A stretch of DNA of 64,000 bases from contig CAVPCR010000004.1 of NCBI GenBank assembly GCA_963702435.1, positions 1 to 64,000 of the forward strand, read 5' to 3'. The notes beneath the pieces are model-generated. The model did no database searches, was not told the origin of the DNA, and was given only the letters and a program-made list of their open reading frames with translations. Positions 41,380-52,430 of the stretch are shown here, one piece after another. The first letter of the stretch is position 1. Every line of letters starts with the position of its first letter. Source of the DNA: Candidatus Eiseniibacteriota bacterium (GTDB taxonomy: Bacteria > Eisenbacteria > RBG-16-71-46 > CAVPCR01). The position numbers were made by a program, and so were the translations under genes.

Positions 41380-42027
41380 ATGAAGTCATTCCTCCTGCCG
41401 CTTGCGACACTGGCCGCGGCACTCGTCGTGACCGGCGCCGCACCAGCGGCTCTCGCGGGGATGAACCCCGAGATCTGCCTGCCGCTCCACGCCAGGGCAT
41501 CGGGCTTCGAGCCCTGTGCCGGATATCTCCCCGTCGACTGCGTGGTGAACATGCCGGTCGTGAGCGTCATGGCCGGCCCGACCACGATCTTTCTCTTCGT
41601 CTCCAGCTACTACGCGGTGGCCGGCGTGCAGACGGCCTTCCAGCCCGATCCGAGCTGGACCTTCACTTTCGGGCTCTGGGACTGCCAGCCGGGGCAGTTG
41701 ACTGCCGTGATGCCGGGCCCGCCGTTCGGGCCGGCGGCGGGCACGATCACGACCGCCTTCAATTGCCTGACCGGGTCGGGCCTCGGCGCCATCGGCCGCA
41801 TGTTCTTCGTCGCCGGCAACGCCGGCTGCCTCGAGCAGATCGAGTCGAGCTATCCCTTCCGCATCCATGTCCTCGACTGCCAGCAGGGCATCGACCAGGT
41901 CAACCCGTACGACCCGTGGCGTCTCGGCAAGGTCTGCGTCGGCGAGGGCGGTGTCGTGGCCTGCTGGCCGCCCCAACCCGCGGTCGACGCCGCGACCTGG
42001 GGCGGCATCAAGGCGCAGTACGAGTAG
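41380..42027 (+). CDS. Secreted Cys-rich family protein with TWG tail (paralog of 567-1211)
   Basis: RBS GGAGG; long near-identical blocks with the cassette gene. Confidence 0.88.
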   Translation: MKSFLLPLATLAAALVVTGAAPAALAGMNPEICLPLHARASGFEPCAGYLPVDCVVNMPVVSVMAGPTTIFLFVSSYYAVAGVQTAFQPDPSWTFTFGLWDCQPGQLTAVMPGPPFGPAAGTITTAFNCLTGSGLGAIGRMFFVAGNAGCLEQIESSYPFRIHVLDCQQGIDQVNPYDPWRLGKVCVGEGGVVACWPPQPAVDAATWGGIKAQYE

Positions 42028-42041
42028 CGATGGGGGGAGCG

Positions 42042-42758
42042 ATGGGAACAGCGATGGAGAGGTCCCGCTTCACCACGCAGTATCGCCTGGCGCTGTGCTG
42101 CGGCCTCGCGCTGGCCGGCTGGCTCCTTGCGGGGAACGTCGCCGTCGATTCCGCCGAGATTCCTGATCTCCATGCGGAGCTGGCGTACTGCCCGGTCTTG
42201 CCTCTCCGGGCCATGCCCTATGCCAACTGCTGTGGCGTCTTCGCTTCTTCGAGCCTCTCGATCAGTGAGCTCCTCGCCGCCTTTCCTGCCACCTGGGAGG
42301 AGAGGCCGCTGAGCGGCGTCGGTCTCGCCGTCAGACCGCCGGGACTCGCGTTCCGCTTCGAGCGGCCGATGCGCCTCTATCTCGTCTTCGCGCAGCCGGA
42401 AGGCGCCTTCTCGTTCGACCCGCCCGACCTCGCGGGGCACGCGCCGGTCACCGCCGACTCGGTCTTCGTGTCCTGGTCTCCGTTCCCGCCAAGGGAATCC
42501 GCAGCCGGCACGACGTATTTCGGAGACTGGCAGATGTTCTGGCTCGAACCGCTCGACACCGCCCTCGTGGTCATCACGGCGACCGTGAATCTCTCAGCGA
42601 CCTACGCCGGCCCCGATGACACCTTGCTCGTGTGGGGGACCGAGATCGGCATGCCCGACATCGAGCTCCGGCGGTCCGGCCTCGCCACCCCGACATCGGT
42701 ATCGCCCACGACCTGGGGCCGCATCAAGCACGACGCGTTGCAGGGACTCGGAAGATGA
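42042..42758 (+). CDS. Secreted protein with TWG tail
   Basis: Signal peptide; PTTWGRIKH. Confidence 0.75.
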   Translation: MGTAMERSRFTTQYRLALCCGLALAGWLLAGNVAVDSAEIPDLHAELAYCPVLPLRAMPYANCCGVFASSSLSISELLAAFPATWEERPLSGVGLAVRPPGLAFRFERPMRLYLVFAQPEGAFSFDPPDLAGHAPVTADSVFVSWSPFPPRESAAGTTYFGDWQMFWLEPLDTALVVITATVNLSATYAGPDDTLLVWGTEIGMPDIELRRSGLATPTSVSPTTWGRIKHDALQGLGR

Positions 42759-42790
42759 TGCGATGCTCGCGCCGACTCGGCCGGAGACCC

Positions 42791-43534
42791 ATGAACCGGG
42801 GACCCACGAATCGCACACCCTCACTCGCCATCGCGGTCGCGCAGTCTTCGCTCGTGCTGCCTTCGCCGCCGCAGTCTTCGCCCCCGCCGTCTTCGCGCGC
42901 GCTGCCTTCGCTCGCCCTGGCTGCTCTCGTGCTGTCCACTCTCGCCCTGCCCGCGACCGCCCGGGCGGAGGCCGCCGCGCACTCCGGTTTCTTCGGCGGC
43001 GCGACGTACGGTCATTTCGCCTACGAGGACGGACGCGGCGGCACCGAGCCCGGCTGGGGACCCACGTTCGGCGCGTTCGGCGAGCTCACCCCGTTTCCAG
43101 CCGACATCCTGCTCCTCACGATCGAGGGGTCCTATCTGCGCATCGGGTCCGGCGACCAGCACTACTACTATCCCGCCGAGACCTCCGATCTGCAGGGCAC
43201 GGTGCGCACGGCGGAGGACGGTTCTCGACCGGCGCTCCGCGAGAGCCGGGCCTTCCTGTCCGCCGCGCCGCTCATCAAGCTGACGACCCCCGGCCGTCTC
43301 GGTCTCTACGCCCATGCCGGCCCGACGCTCAACTTCCGGCTGCCGGAAGGGACGAGCTACCCCGGCGCCCTCGTCCTCGGGAGCCTCTACGGGCTCGGAC
43401 TCGGTGCGCTGGAGGGCCGGCGGTCCTTCATGGTCGAGCTGCGCTACGTGCATCACTGGTCGTCCTCCGCCGATGACTGGAGCCCGCCATCGCAGGCGCG
43501 CGCCCTCACGTTGATCGGGAAGATCGGCTACTGA
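42791..43534 (+). CDS. Putative outer-membrane beta-barrel protein
   Basis: Signal peptide, amphipathic strands, terminal aromatic residue (KIGY). Confidence 0.65.
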   Translation: MNRGPTNRTPSLAIAVAQSSLVLPSPPQSSPPPSSRALPSLALAALVLSTLALPATARAEAAAHSGFFGGATYGHFAYEDGRGGTEPGWGPTFGAFGELTPFPADILLLTIEGSYLRIGSGDQHYYYPAETSDLQGTVRTAEDGSRPALRESRAFLSAAPLIKLTTPGRLGLYAHAGPTLNFRLPEGTSYPGALVLGSLYGLGLGALEGRRSFMVELRYVHHWSSSADDWSPPSQARALTLIGKIGY

Positions 43535-43571
43535 CCCGGCCTCGCCGGGTGTGGATGCGGACCTTTCAACC

Positions 43572-44249
43572 ATGCACCGCCACCGTCAACTGCCGTCGGC
43601 CGCCGCCCTGCTCTGCAGAGCCCTGGCGCTCTGCGGAGCCCTGGCGCTCGCCGGCACCCCGGCGGCGAGTCCCGGCGCCAGCACCGACGCGGACCAGCGC
43701 GGCATCCCGACCATCGTGATGGACGTGCGGGACGAATGGGTCTTCTGCCCGGAAGACGACCCCTGCGCGATGCCCGGTGGGCCGCGGCTCCTCCTTCCCG
43801 GGACCGAGCAGTGGTCCTCGGTGTACGTCCATGTCCGGAACTATGTGAGCGTGGCCGCAATCCAGTGGGCCTTCGACTGGCCGCCGACCCTGTCGGTGGG
43901 CGGGGGCATGTGGCTCTGCCCGCCGGGGTCGATCGGCATTCCGGAGCAGCCGCCTTACGGTCCCGGCCCGCTCGCCGGCTCCTGCGCATCCATCTTCGAC
44001 TGCGTGACAGGCGGCGCCTCGATGCTGATCGGATGGGTAGGCGTGCGCGGTGGCTCCGGTTGCCTCGACATCATCGAGTCGGGCTACCCCGACGGCACTC
44101 ATATCGTCACGTGTTCCGGAGAGATCGTCCCGGTCACGCCGCCGAACCGCGGGCGGGTCTGCGTGGGCGAGGGCGGTGTCAACACCTGCGCGTCCGTGGT
44201 TCCGGTCACGCCGGTCACCTGGGGGGCCATCAAGAGCACCTACCGGTAG
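43572..44249 (+). CDS. Secreted Cys-rich family protein with TWG tail
   Basis: DDPC...VYVHVRNY...GRVCVGEGG...TWGAIKSTYR. Confidence 0.82.
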   Translation: MHRHRQLPSAAALLCRALALCGALALAGTPAASPGASTDADQRGIPTIVMDVRDEWVFCPEDDPCAMPGGPRLLLPGTEQWSSVYVHVRNYVSVAAIQWAFDWPPTLSVGGGMWLCPPGSIGIPEQPPYGPGPLAGSCASIFDCVTGGASMLIGWVGVRGGSGCLDIIESGYPDGTHIVTCSGEIVPVTPPNRGRVCVGEGGVNTCASVVPVTPVTWGAIKSTYR

Positions 44250-44521
44250 CACCGCCGCTTCCGGCACGGCGCTCCCACCACGCCGACGCAGAGCGGCTGG
44301 TACCGCTGTGCCAGCAGCACTGCGGCAACGAGATCCTCGTGATCAAGCCCGGGCGAATAGAACTCCTGCTGCGCGTGCGCCCGCCGGCGACGGCGCGAGG
44401 CGGCGGCGGTATCAGCGGCGTCTGCGGTAGAAGCGGCGTCTGCGGTGGCGCGTCCTTCCCGCTGGTCTCCCTCTTGCGACCAGGCCGGGGCTCTCGTATA
44501 GTCGCCTGCAGTCTCATCCCC

Positions 44522-44704
44522 ATGCGAGGAGTGATCTTCCAGATGTTCCAGCTCACGACGCTCCAGACTGCGCTTGTCATTGCGGTCGGGCTGATCGCCT
44601 TCTACGTCGCCATGCGGACGACGAAGCTCATCTTCAAGATCTTCCTCTGGGGCGTAGCTCTCCTCGTCGCCGCCTGGGCGGTGCTGCGGTTCCTGCGTCC
44701 CTGA
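44522..44704 (+). CDS. Small two-TM membrane protein
   Basis: Two hydrophobic helices. Confidence 0.6.
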   Translation: MRGVIFQMFQLTTLQTALVIAVGLIAFYVAMRTTKLIFKIFLWGVALLVAAWAVLRFLRP

Positions 44705-44832
44705 TCCTCCACCTCTGATCCTCCCTCTCAGCGCCCGTTCCCGAGTCCCGGCGGATCCTGTCCGCCGGGCTGCGCCGGCGTGAGTCGCGATTGCCGGCAG
44801 CGCAGACGGCGAACGCCGAGGCACCCGGAGGC

Positions 44833-45930
44833 ATGAAGATGCGTCACCGCAGTGCCAGCACTTTTCGCGTGGCCATCGCGCTCCTCTACGGCGGCGTCGC
44901 TCCCGTCGACCTGCCGCGCGATCCCTGCGCGAAGGCGCCCCTTCAAGCCGCGCCGGCCACCGAGCGCGAGTGGCTCGTCGTCACCTTCGATGCCGAGGAC
45001 CTGCGGGTCCGCCGCCGTGGCGAGGATGCGTGGCTCGAGATTCATGACGCGAAATGGCAGGTGGATTCGCTCATCGCCGTGAGCCGCCCGCGCTGGACGA
45101 GCGACGGCCGCCACCTTCCGGCGGACTCGCTCTCGATCCCGTGGGACGAGATCGAGCGCATCGACAAGCCGGCCGGCACCCGGGCGGGCATCGGCGCGGG
45201 CATCGGCGGAGCCATCGGACTCGGCGTTGGACTGGTCGTCGCCGCCATCCTCGAAGAGGACTGCAGCGGCTATTTGTGCGGCATCGGCTATGTCCTGTCG
45301 CCCCTGGTCGCGGTGCCGACCGGGGCCCTGATCGGGGCTCTCATCGGGAGCACCGAGCGTGGCTGGGCGCCCTTCGCCTGCCTGCCGCCACGACCCGCCG
45401 GCGACCTCTCCGGGGTGCCGCCCCTCGCCGCGGCGCCACGCGATGTCGCGAGCGATGTCTGCAGCGGGGTCCCTCTCAGCGGCACTCCGCCCTCTCCGGT
45501 CGAGTGGTCGCTCCTCGAGCACGAGTCGGACCACTTCCGCGCGCGGCTTCGGAACGACGACGACTGGATCTACTTCGGCGATGCGGAGTGGACCGCCGCC
45601 GGCCTCCGCGCCCGCGGCGGCGAGGGCTGGGACACGGGACATCTCGTGTTCACGGACTCGCTCGACGTGCGATGGGTGGATATCGCGCGTCTCGACGCCG
45701 ATCGCGGCACGTACTCCGCGCGCGGGACGCTCCTCGGCGCCGCGGCGGGCTGCGCCGCCTTCGCAGCGCTCGCCGCCTGCGACGACTGCGATGTGGGCGG
45801 CTGGTCGGTCTTCGCCATCCCGGTAGGAATGCTGATCGGAGGCGTCATCGGAGCGTCGCAGCCGATGTGGCGTGCGGTGTTCTGCGCGGAGGCTCCGGGC
45901 GGGTCCGCCGGCGCCGAACGCGCGCCATGA
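44833..45930 (+). CDS. Hypothetical protein with two glycine-zipper-like hydrophobic modules
   Basis: [17 protein letters not shown]...GALIGALIG repeated architecture. Confidence 0.65.
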   Translation: MKMRHRSASTFRVAIALLYGGVAPVDLPRDPCAKAPLQAAPATEREWLVVTFDAEDLRVRRRGEDAWLEIHDAKWQVDSLIAVSRPRWTSDGRHLPADSLSIPWDEIERIDKPAGTRAGIGAGIGGAIGLGVGLVVAAILEEDCSGYLCGIGYVLSPLVAVPTGALIGALIGSTERGWAPFACLPPRPAGDLSGVPPLAAAPRDVASDVCSGVPLSGTPPSPVEWSLLEHESDHFRARLRNDDDWIYFGDAEWTAAGLRARGGEGWDTGHLVFTDSLDVRWVDIARLDADRGTYSARGTLLGAAAGCAAFAALAACDDCDVGGWSVFAIPVGMLIGGVIGASQPMWRAVFCAEAPGGSAGAERAP

Positions 45931-46033
45931 TGCACCCGCCGGCGATCACCACTCGCTCCCGGCCGGGAGACGCGAGCCGCGCGCTCGCTCTCCCGGCCGT
46001 CTTCGTTTCTCCCCCGTGCTAGACTCCCGCGCC

Positions 46034-47860
46034 ATGAACAGAGAATCATCCCCGCCCGCCATCCGCAACGTCGCGATCGTCGCCCACGTCGATCACGGGA
46101 AGACGACGCTCGTCGACGCCATGCTCCAGCAGAGCGGCATCTTCCGCGCCGGGCAGGTGCTCGTCGAGCGCGTGATGGACTCGATCGATCTCGAGCGCGA
46201 GCGCGGCATCACCATCCTCGCCAAGAACACGGCCGTCCATTACGGCGGCGTCAAGATCAACATCGTCGACACGCCGGGGCACTCCGACTTCGGCGGCGAG
46301 GTGGAGCGCACGCTCAAGATGGTGGACGGCGCCATGCTCCTCGTCGACGCGGCGGAGGGCCCGCTGCCGCAGACCCGCTTCGTCCTCAGCAAGGTGCTCG
46401 AAGAGCGCCTCCCGCTCGTCGTCGTCATCAACAAGATCGACCGCGCGGACGCCCGCATCGCCGAGGTGGTCGACGAGGTCTATTCGCTCTTCATCGATCT
46501 CGATGCGGGCGAGGACCAGCTCGACTTCCCGCTCGTCTACACCAATGCGCGGGCCGGCACCGCCACCCTCGACCCGCAGACGCCGGGCGAAGATCTGCGA
46601 CCATTCTTCGATCTGATCATCGATCGCGTCCCGCCGCCGCAATCTGACGTCGCGCGCCCGCTCCAGTTCCAGATCGCGAGCCTCGACTACAACGACTACG
46701 TCGGCCGGCTGGTCATCGGGCGGGTGCACGCGGGGACCATGCGCCGCGGCGATCCGGTCGCCCTCGTCAAGCTCGACGGCACGACGACGCAGGCCAAGAT
46801 CACCATGCTCTACACCTTCGACGGGCTCCGCCGCGTCGAGACCGCGGAGGTCCCGGCCGGGGACCTCTGCGCGGTCGCCGGCATCGACGGCATCGACATC
46901 GGGGAGACGATCGCCGATGCCCTCGCCCCCGTCGCGGTGCCGCCGATCACGGTGGACGAGCCGACGGTCGCCATGGTCTTCGCGGTCAACAACTCGCCGC
47001 TCGCCGGCCGCGAGGGGCGCTACCTCACCTCGCGCCACCTCCGCGAGCGGCTCGAGCACGAGGACCAGATCAACGTCTCGATCCGCGTCCGCGACACCGA
47101 ATCCCCGGAGGCGTTCGAGGTGCAGGGACGCGGCGAGCTCCAGCTCGCGATCCTGATCGAGATGATGCGGCGCGAGGGGTTCGAGCTGCAGGTGGGGAAG
47201 CCGCGCGTCATCATCAAGGAGATCGGCGGCGCCCGGCACGAGCCGTACGAGCGCCTCTACGTCGACTGCCCGGAGGAGTTCATCGGCGTCGCGACCCAGA
47301 AGCTTGCGGCGCGCAAGGGCCGCATGGCCGAGATGGTGAACCACGGGAGCGGCCGCGTGCGGATGACGTTCATCATCCCGGCGCGCGGGTTGATCGGCTT
47401 CCGGAGCGAGTTCCTGACCGACACGCGCGGGACGGGGATCCTGAACAAGCTCTTCGACGGCTATCGCCCGTGGGCGGGCCCGATCCCCTCCCGCACCGAG
47501 GGATCGCTCGTCGCCGACCGCCCCGGCGTGACCACGGCCTACGCGCTCGAGCACATCCAGGACCGCGGCGTTCTCTTCCTCGGGCCGAGCATGCCGCTCT
47601 ACGAGGGGCTCGTGGTCGGCGAGCACGCGCGCCCCGGCGATCTCGACGTCAATGCAGCCAAGGAGAAGAAGCTCACCAACATCCGCTCCTCGACATCCGA
47701 GGAGGCGATCCGGCTCATCCCGCCGCACCAGATGGGGCTCGAGGCGGCGCTCGCCTTCGTCGCCGAGGACGAGCTGGTGGAGGTCACGCCGAGCTCGATA
47801 CGCATCCGGAAGCGGGTGCTCCCCAAGCAGGAGCGGCCGAAGTGGAACCTGAAGACGTGA
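46034..47860 (+). CDS. typA: Translational GTPase TypA/BipA
   Basis: [36 protein letters not shown]. Confidence 0.97.
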   Translation: MNRESSPPAIRNVAIVAHVDHGKTTLVDAMLQQSGIFRAGQVLVERVMDSIDLERERGITILAKNTAVHYGGVKINIVDTPGHSDFGGEVERTLKMVDGAMLLVDAAEGPLPQTRFVLSKVLEERLPLVVVINKIDRADARIAEVVDEVYSLFIDLDAGEDQLDFPLVYTNARAGTATLDPQTPGEDLRPFFDLIIDRVPPPQSDVARPLQFQIASLDYNDYVGRLVIGRVHAGTMRRGDPVALVKLDGTTTQAKITMLYTFDGLRRVETAEVPAGDLCAVAGIDGIDIGETIADALAPVAVPPITVDEPTVAMVFAVNNSPLAGREGRYLTSRHLRERLEHEDQINVSIRVRDTESPEAFEVQGRGELQLAILIEMMRREGFELQVGKPRVIIKEIGGARHEPYERLYVDCPEEFIGVATQKLAARKGRMAEMVNHGSGRVRMTFIIPARGLIGFRSEFLTDTRGTGILNKLFDGYRPWAGPIPSRTEGSLVADRPGVTTAYALEHIQDRGVLFLGPSMPLYEGLVVGEHARPGDLDVNAAKEKKLTNIRSSTSEEAIRLIPPHQMGLEAALAFVAEDELVEVTPSSIRIRKRVLPKQERPKWNLKT

Positions 47861-47914
47861 GGCGCGCCGCGCACGACTGCGCGGCGACCGCACCCCGCTA
47901 GAACTCGGCGCCCG

Positions 47915-50266
47915 CTAGAACTCGGCGCTCACCCCGAGCGTCGGGAAGATGCCGAGGCCCTGCTCGTCCACGACCTCCTGCTCCCAGAAGTCCCAGCTCG
48001 GGGTCACCGGCGCCTTGTAGTTGTAGATGTTCTGGATGTCGAGGAAGGCGATGATCGACCAGCTCGTGAACGAGAAGCGGCGATCCACGCGCACGTCGAG
48101 CGAATGCGTCGCGCCGAGGCGGGCGCTCAGGTACTCCTCCGGCAGGTTCGAGATGACGCCGCCGTTGGTCGCCGGATCGTAGACCGGCGTGTACGGCGCC
48201 CCCGAGGCGTAGCGCCACTTGGTGCTCACCTCCCAGCGCGGATTGATGACGTAGCCGCCGGCGATGGTGAAGACCGCGGCCTGATCGAACTGGCCGGGAT
48301 AGGTCTTGCCGTTCGGCGCCGTGTAGCGCGTGCGGCCGAGCGTCAGGCCGACCGTGCCGTAGCAGGGCACCGCCGCGAACTTCTTCTGCGCGAGGAGATC
48401 GACGCCGTACGCCTCGCCCTTCCCGGTCGGGTCGAGCGGGATGTACCCGAACGACTGGAAGTCGTCGTCGCGCCCGCCAAAGCCGACGCCGGTGTTGGTA
48501 AGCACGAGGTAATCCGTGTCCGGCGTCGCCCCCGCGGGCAGATCCGAGTAGCGCTTGTAGAACCCCTCGGCCGAGAGGTTCAGGTCGGGGCGCACCCGGT
48601 AGTCGATGCCGGCGATCGGCATGTCGTTCCGGAGCGCCTTCAGATCGCGGTTCTCCGGATTGCCGAGCCAGACGTAGGACGGCGCCTGGTAGTACGTCCC
48701 GTAGCTCCCCTTGACCGTGAGCCGGTCGCTGAGCCCGTAGCGAAGCGAGAAGCGCCCGGCCGGATAGAGCGTGTCGTCCAGGTTCTCGAAGTAGTCGAGC
48801 CGGAATCCGGCGGTCCACTCGACGCGGGCAACGCGACGCTTGGCCTCGACCCAGGTGGCGAGCTTGAAGGCGCCGCTATCGCCCACGATCTCCGCGGGCA
48901 GGTCGAGATCCTCCCGCGCGACCCGGCGCCCGCTCCGATCGTAGATCGAGTCGGCGAAGGCGGTCGCGTAGTCGACGCCCACGCGCTTGACCCCGGCGCC
49001 CGCGCTCAGATCGAAGCCGGCGGGGAGGCGGCGCGTGCCCTCGGCGCGGAGCGCGGCCTCGCGCTCGAGCGCATCGCTCGAGAAGTACTGGACCTGGCTC
49101 GTGTCGGCCTGGGCGAAGCTGTAGTCCACCTGGTTGTAGCCGCCGATCACATCGAGGAACCCCCGGTCGAAGAGCCGGCGGAGGCGCACCCCGCCTATCC
49201 ATCGATCCTGCGCATTGCCCATGATGCCGGCGTTCACCACCTTGTCCTCGCTCGTCGAGTTGTCGCGGTCGACGTCGTCGAGCGCGCCAAGACCGAGGAA
49301 CGAGAGCTCGTAGCGTTCGTTGATGCGGTAGTCGCCGGCCAGGTTGAAATCGGTGTAGATCGGGATGAACGGCTGGTCGAGAGCGCGAAAGAGGAGATCC
49401 AGGTAGCTCTTCCGGGCCGAGAAGAGGAAGTGCCCGTCGTTCTCGCCCGGCAGCGGCCCCTCGAGGTTGAGCCCGAACTGGGTGGCGGAGATGGTCGCCT
49501 TGCCGCCCACGCGGTCGGAGCGCGCCTCCCGCATCTCGATCGAGAGGACGGAGGACATCTTGTCGCCGTAGGTGGAACCGAATCCCCCGGTCGAGAAATC
49601 GACGCCGTCGATGAAGTCGAGATTGACGAAGCTGAGCGCACCCCCGGCCGAGCCCTGGTTCCCGAAGTGGTTGATGTTCGGGACCTCGAGCCCGTTCACG
49701 AGGTAGAGGTTCTCGCTCGGGCCGCCGCCGCGGACCAGGAGATCGTTGCGCCCGCCCTGATTGACGAGGGCGACGCCGGGCAGCGTCGAGATCGTGCGCA
49801 CGATGTCCTCGAAGCCGCCCGGGAAGCGCCGGATCTCTTCCCGCGAGAGGCTCACCGAGCTGGTCGGGGTGGCGTTCTGGGCGAAGAAGCTCGGGCGCAC
49901 CTCGATGGTCTCGCCGGCGACGGGCACCGGAACGAGCTCGCGGAGCACGGTCGTCGGCACGCCGGGTTTCACCACCACATCGGTGACGACCGCGGGCTCG
50001 TAGCTCACGAAGCTGATGGTGAGGTTGTAGGTCCCGGGCTCGACATCCGCGATCGTGAACTCGCCCATCCGGTCGGCGATGGCGCCGCGCTGGGTGCCGG
50101 CGACCGCGATGTTGGCGCCGGCGAGCGGCTGCCTGGTCTCGGCATCGATCACGCGGCCGTGGATCGCGCCCGGGCCGGCGGCGGCGGACTCCGCGGCCGT
50201 GAGAACGAGGGCAAGAACCGCGACGAGAGCGACGAGAGCGCAGATGCGGGGCGCGACGTTCATCAT
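47915..50266 (-). CDS. TonB-dependent receptor with carboxypeptidase-regulatory-like N-terminal domain
   Basis: Plug VRGGGPSENLYLVNG, terminal Phe. Confidence 0.9.
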   Translation of the reverse strand: MMNVAPRICALVALVAVLALVLTAAESAAAGPGAIHGRVIDAETRQPLAGANIAVAGTQRGAIADRMGEFTIADVEPGTYNLTISFVSYEPAVVTDVVVKPGVPTTVLRELVPVPVAGETIEVRPSFFAQNATPTSSVSLSREEIRRFPGGFEDIVRTISTLPGVALVNQGGRNDLLVRGGGPSENLYLVNGLEVPNINHFGNQGSAGGALSFVNLDFIDGVDFSTGGFGSTYGDKMSSVLSIEMREARSDRVGGKATISATQFGLNLEGPLPGENDGHFLFSARKSYLDLLFRALDQPFIPIYTDFNLAGDYRINERYELSFLGLGALDDVDRDNSTSEDKVVNAGIMGNAQDRWIGGVRLRRLFDRGFLDVIGGYNQVDYSFAQADTSQVQYFSSDALEREAALRAEGTRRLPAGFDLSAGAGVKRVGVDYATAFADSIYDRSGRRVAREDLDLPAEIVGDSGAFKLATWVEAKRRVARVEWTAGFRLDYFENLDDTLYPAGRFSLRYGLSDRLTVKGSYGTYYQAPSYVWLGNPENRDLKALRNDMPIAGIDYRVRPDLNLSAEGFYKRYSDLPAGATPDTDYLVLTNTGVGFGGRDDDFQSFGYIPLDPTGKGEAYGVDLLAQKKFAAVPCYGTVGLTLGRTRYTAPNGKTYPGQFDQAAVFTIAGGYVINPRWEVSTKWRYASGAPYTPVYDPATNGGVISNLPEEYLSARLGATHSLDVRVDRRFSFTSWSIIAFLDIQNIYNYKAPVTPSWDFWEQEVVDEQGLGIFPTLGVSAEF

Positions 50267-50379
50267 CAAACCTTTGGAGGGGCGCCTCACCGCGCCGGGT
50301 GCTTCCGAATCACCGGCCCCCGATCGGGATGTCCTGGACAGAGCCCCCGCCGGCCGGCGATCTGATACCGTTCCGTCTG

Positions 50380-52362
50380 ATGGGGACGAGAGCGAGCAAC
50401 CACGCACCTGGCAAATCGCCGGAGAAGGCCCGACCATTCCGGCCCGGCATCCCGGTGCTCGTGTTCGCGCTCGCCCTCGCCGTCCGCATCCCGTATCTCG
50501 TCGCGCTCGCGCGCACGCCGTTCCTCGAGCACCCGCTCCTCGACCCGCGGCTCTACGACCGGTGGGCGCAGCAGCTCGCCCGCGGGGACTGGCTCGGCCG
50601 CGAGGCATTCTACGCCAACCCCCTCTATCCGTACTATCTCGGCCTCATCTACGCGACGGTCGGCCGGCACCTGGTATTCGTCCATCTCCTGCAGCACGTT
50701 CTCGGGAGCCTCGGCGCGGCTCTCCTCGCCGCGACCGGCGAGCGGCTCTTCGACCGCCGGGTCGGCCTCGTCGCCGGATCGGCCGCCGCGCTCTACGCTC
50801 CCTTCGTGTTCCACGAGGGGAGCCTGATGATCGAGAGCCTCGCGCCTTTCCTCGGCGTGCTCGCGCTCTTCCTCATCGTCCGCGCCGGCGAGCGCGGCAC
50901 ACTCCCGAGGTGGCTCCTGGCCGGGGTCGCGACCGGCGTGTTCGTGCTCGCGCGCCCCAACCTGACGCCGCTCGCCGGCGTGGCGTGGGCGCTCGCCCGC
51001 CCGGCCGCCGATCCGATCGGCATCCGTGGCCGGCGCGCGCTCGCCCTCCTCCTCGGCACCTTCCTCGCGATCATTCCCGTGACCGCGCGAAACTACGCGG
51101 TGTCCGGGCAGTTCGTGCTCATCACGGCCCATGGCGGCGAGGCCTTCTACGTCGGGAACCACGCCGGCGCCGATGGCTACGGCACGCAACCGGACTGGGT
51201 CGACTCGGGTCCCGCGACCGAGCACGAGTCCTATCGCCGGCGGGCGAGCGCGCTCCTCGGGCGGGAGGTCTCGCTCGCCGAGTCGTCGGCCTACTGGCGG
51301 GATCAGGCCCTCGCCTTCGCCCGCGCCGAGCCGCTCGCGTGCGCGCGGCTCCTCGCCCGGAAGACCTACCTCTTCTTCCACGCCTACGAGAAGGGGGACA
51401 ACGCGAGCTACTACTTCATGCGCGAGGAGGTGCCCTACCTCCGCTTCCTGCCGGTGTCGTTCGGCCTCGTGGTACCGCTCGCCGCGCTCGGGCTCTGGGT
51501 GACGCGCCGGGCCTGGGCGCGCATGGGGATCGTGCCGCTCTTCGCGCTGGCCTATGCGCTCGGCATCATCGCCGCCTTCGTCCTCGCCCGCTACCGCCTC
51601 GCGGTCGTGCCGTCGCTCCTCCTCCTCGCGGCGGCGGCGGGCGTCTGGTGCTGGGACGCAGTGCGCGGGCGGCGCTACGCCCCGGTCGCGGCCGCGCTCG
51701 CCGGCGTGGCGGCGCTCGCTGCCGCCACCAGCATCTCGACCGCGGTCATCGTCAAGGACGATCCGGCGACCACGCACAACAACTACGGTCTCGTGCTCGA
51801 GGAAGCGGGGCTCCTCGACGCTGCGGCGGACGAGTACGCGGCGGCGAGCGCGCTCGTGCCGGGCCGCGCGCTCTATCGGGCGAACCTGGCCAAGGTGGAG
51901 CTCCGGCGCGGGCGCAGCGATGAGGCGCGGGCGCTCCTGCAGGAGGCGGTGCGGCTCGAGCCGGACTTCGCCGACGCGCACGCCGATCTCGGCTTCCTCG
52001 CCGAGGCCGCGGGGGACACGGACGAGGCGCTCCGCGAGTACATGCGCGCGGTGGAGCTCGATCCCACCCTCGTCGGACCGTCGCTCAATGCGGCGGTCCT
52101 CCTCGAGGAGGCGGGACGCATCGCCGAGGCGGAGCCCATGTACCGGCGCGCGCTCGCCGCGAATCCGGCGGGCTACCGCGAGAACGTGGGGCTCGCGCTC
52201 TTCCTCGTGCGGGCCGACCGGCGCTGCGAGGCGATCCCGCTGTTCACGGCGGCGCGCCCGCAGGCGCCCGGTCCGGCGATGGCGGCGCGCCTCGACTCGC
52301 TGGCCGCGGAGTTCGCGCGTGCGTGCGCCGGGACGCTGCCCCCCGCAGCCGGCGCGCCCTGA
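50380..52362 (+). CDS. GT39/PMT-like multi-TM glycosyltransferase with TPR repeats
   Basis: DPRLYDRWA, PLYPYYLG, many TMs, C-terminal TPRs. Confidence 0.82.
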   Translation: MGTRASNHAPGKSPEKARPFRPGIPVLVFALALAVRIPYLVALARTPFLEHPLLDPRLYDRWAQQLARGDWLGREAFYANPLYPYYLGLIYATVGRHLVFVHLLQHVLGSLGAALLAATGERLFDRRVGLVAGSAAALYAPFVFHEGSLMIESLAPFLGVLALFLIVRAGERGTLPRWLLAGVATGVFVLARPNLTPLAGVAWALARPAADPIGIRGRRALALLLGTFLAIIPVTARNYAVSGQFVLITAHGGEAFYVGNHAGADGYGTQPDWVDSGPATEHESYRRRASALLGREVSLAESSAYWRDQALAFARAEPLACARLLARKTYLFFHAYEKGDNASYYFMREEVPYLRFLPVSFGLVVPLAALGLWVTRRAWARMGIVPLFALAYALGIIAAFVLARYRLAVVPSLLLLAAAAGVWCWDAVRGRRYAPVAAALAGVAALAAATSISTAVIVKDDPATTHNNYGLVLEEAGLLDAAADEYAAASALVPGRALYRANLAKVELRRGRSDEARALLQEAVRLEPDFADAHADLGFLAEAAGDTDEALREYMRAVELDPTLVGPSLNAAVLLEEAGRIAEAEPMYRRALAANPAGYRENVGLALFLVRADRRCEAIPLFTAARPQAPGPAMAARLDSLAAEFARACAGTLPPAAGAP

Positions 52363-52430
52363 ACCGGCCGCTGCCCGCCGCCGATGCGGCTACTCGCTCT
52401 CGTCGGTCTCGCTCTCGACCGCCGCGGCGT

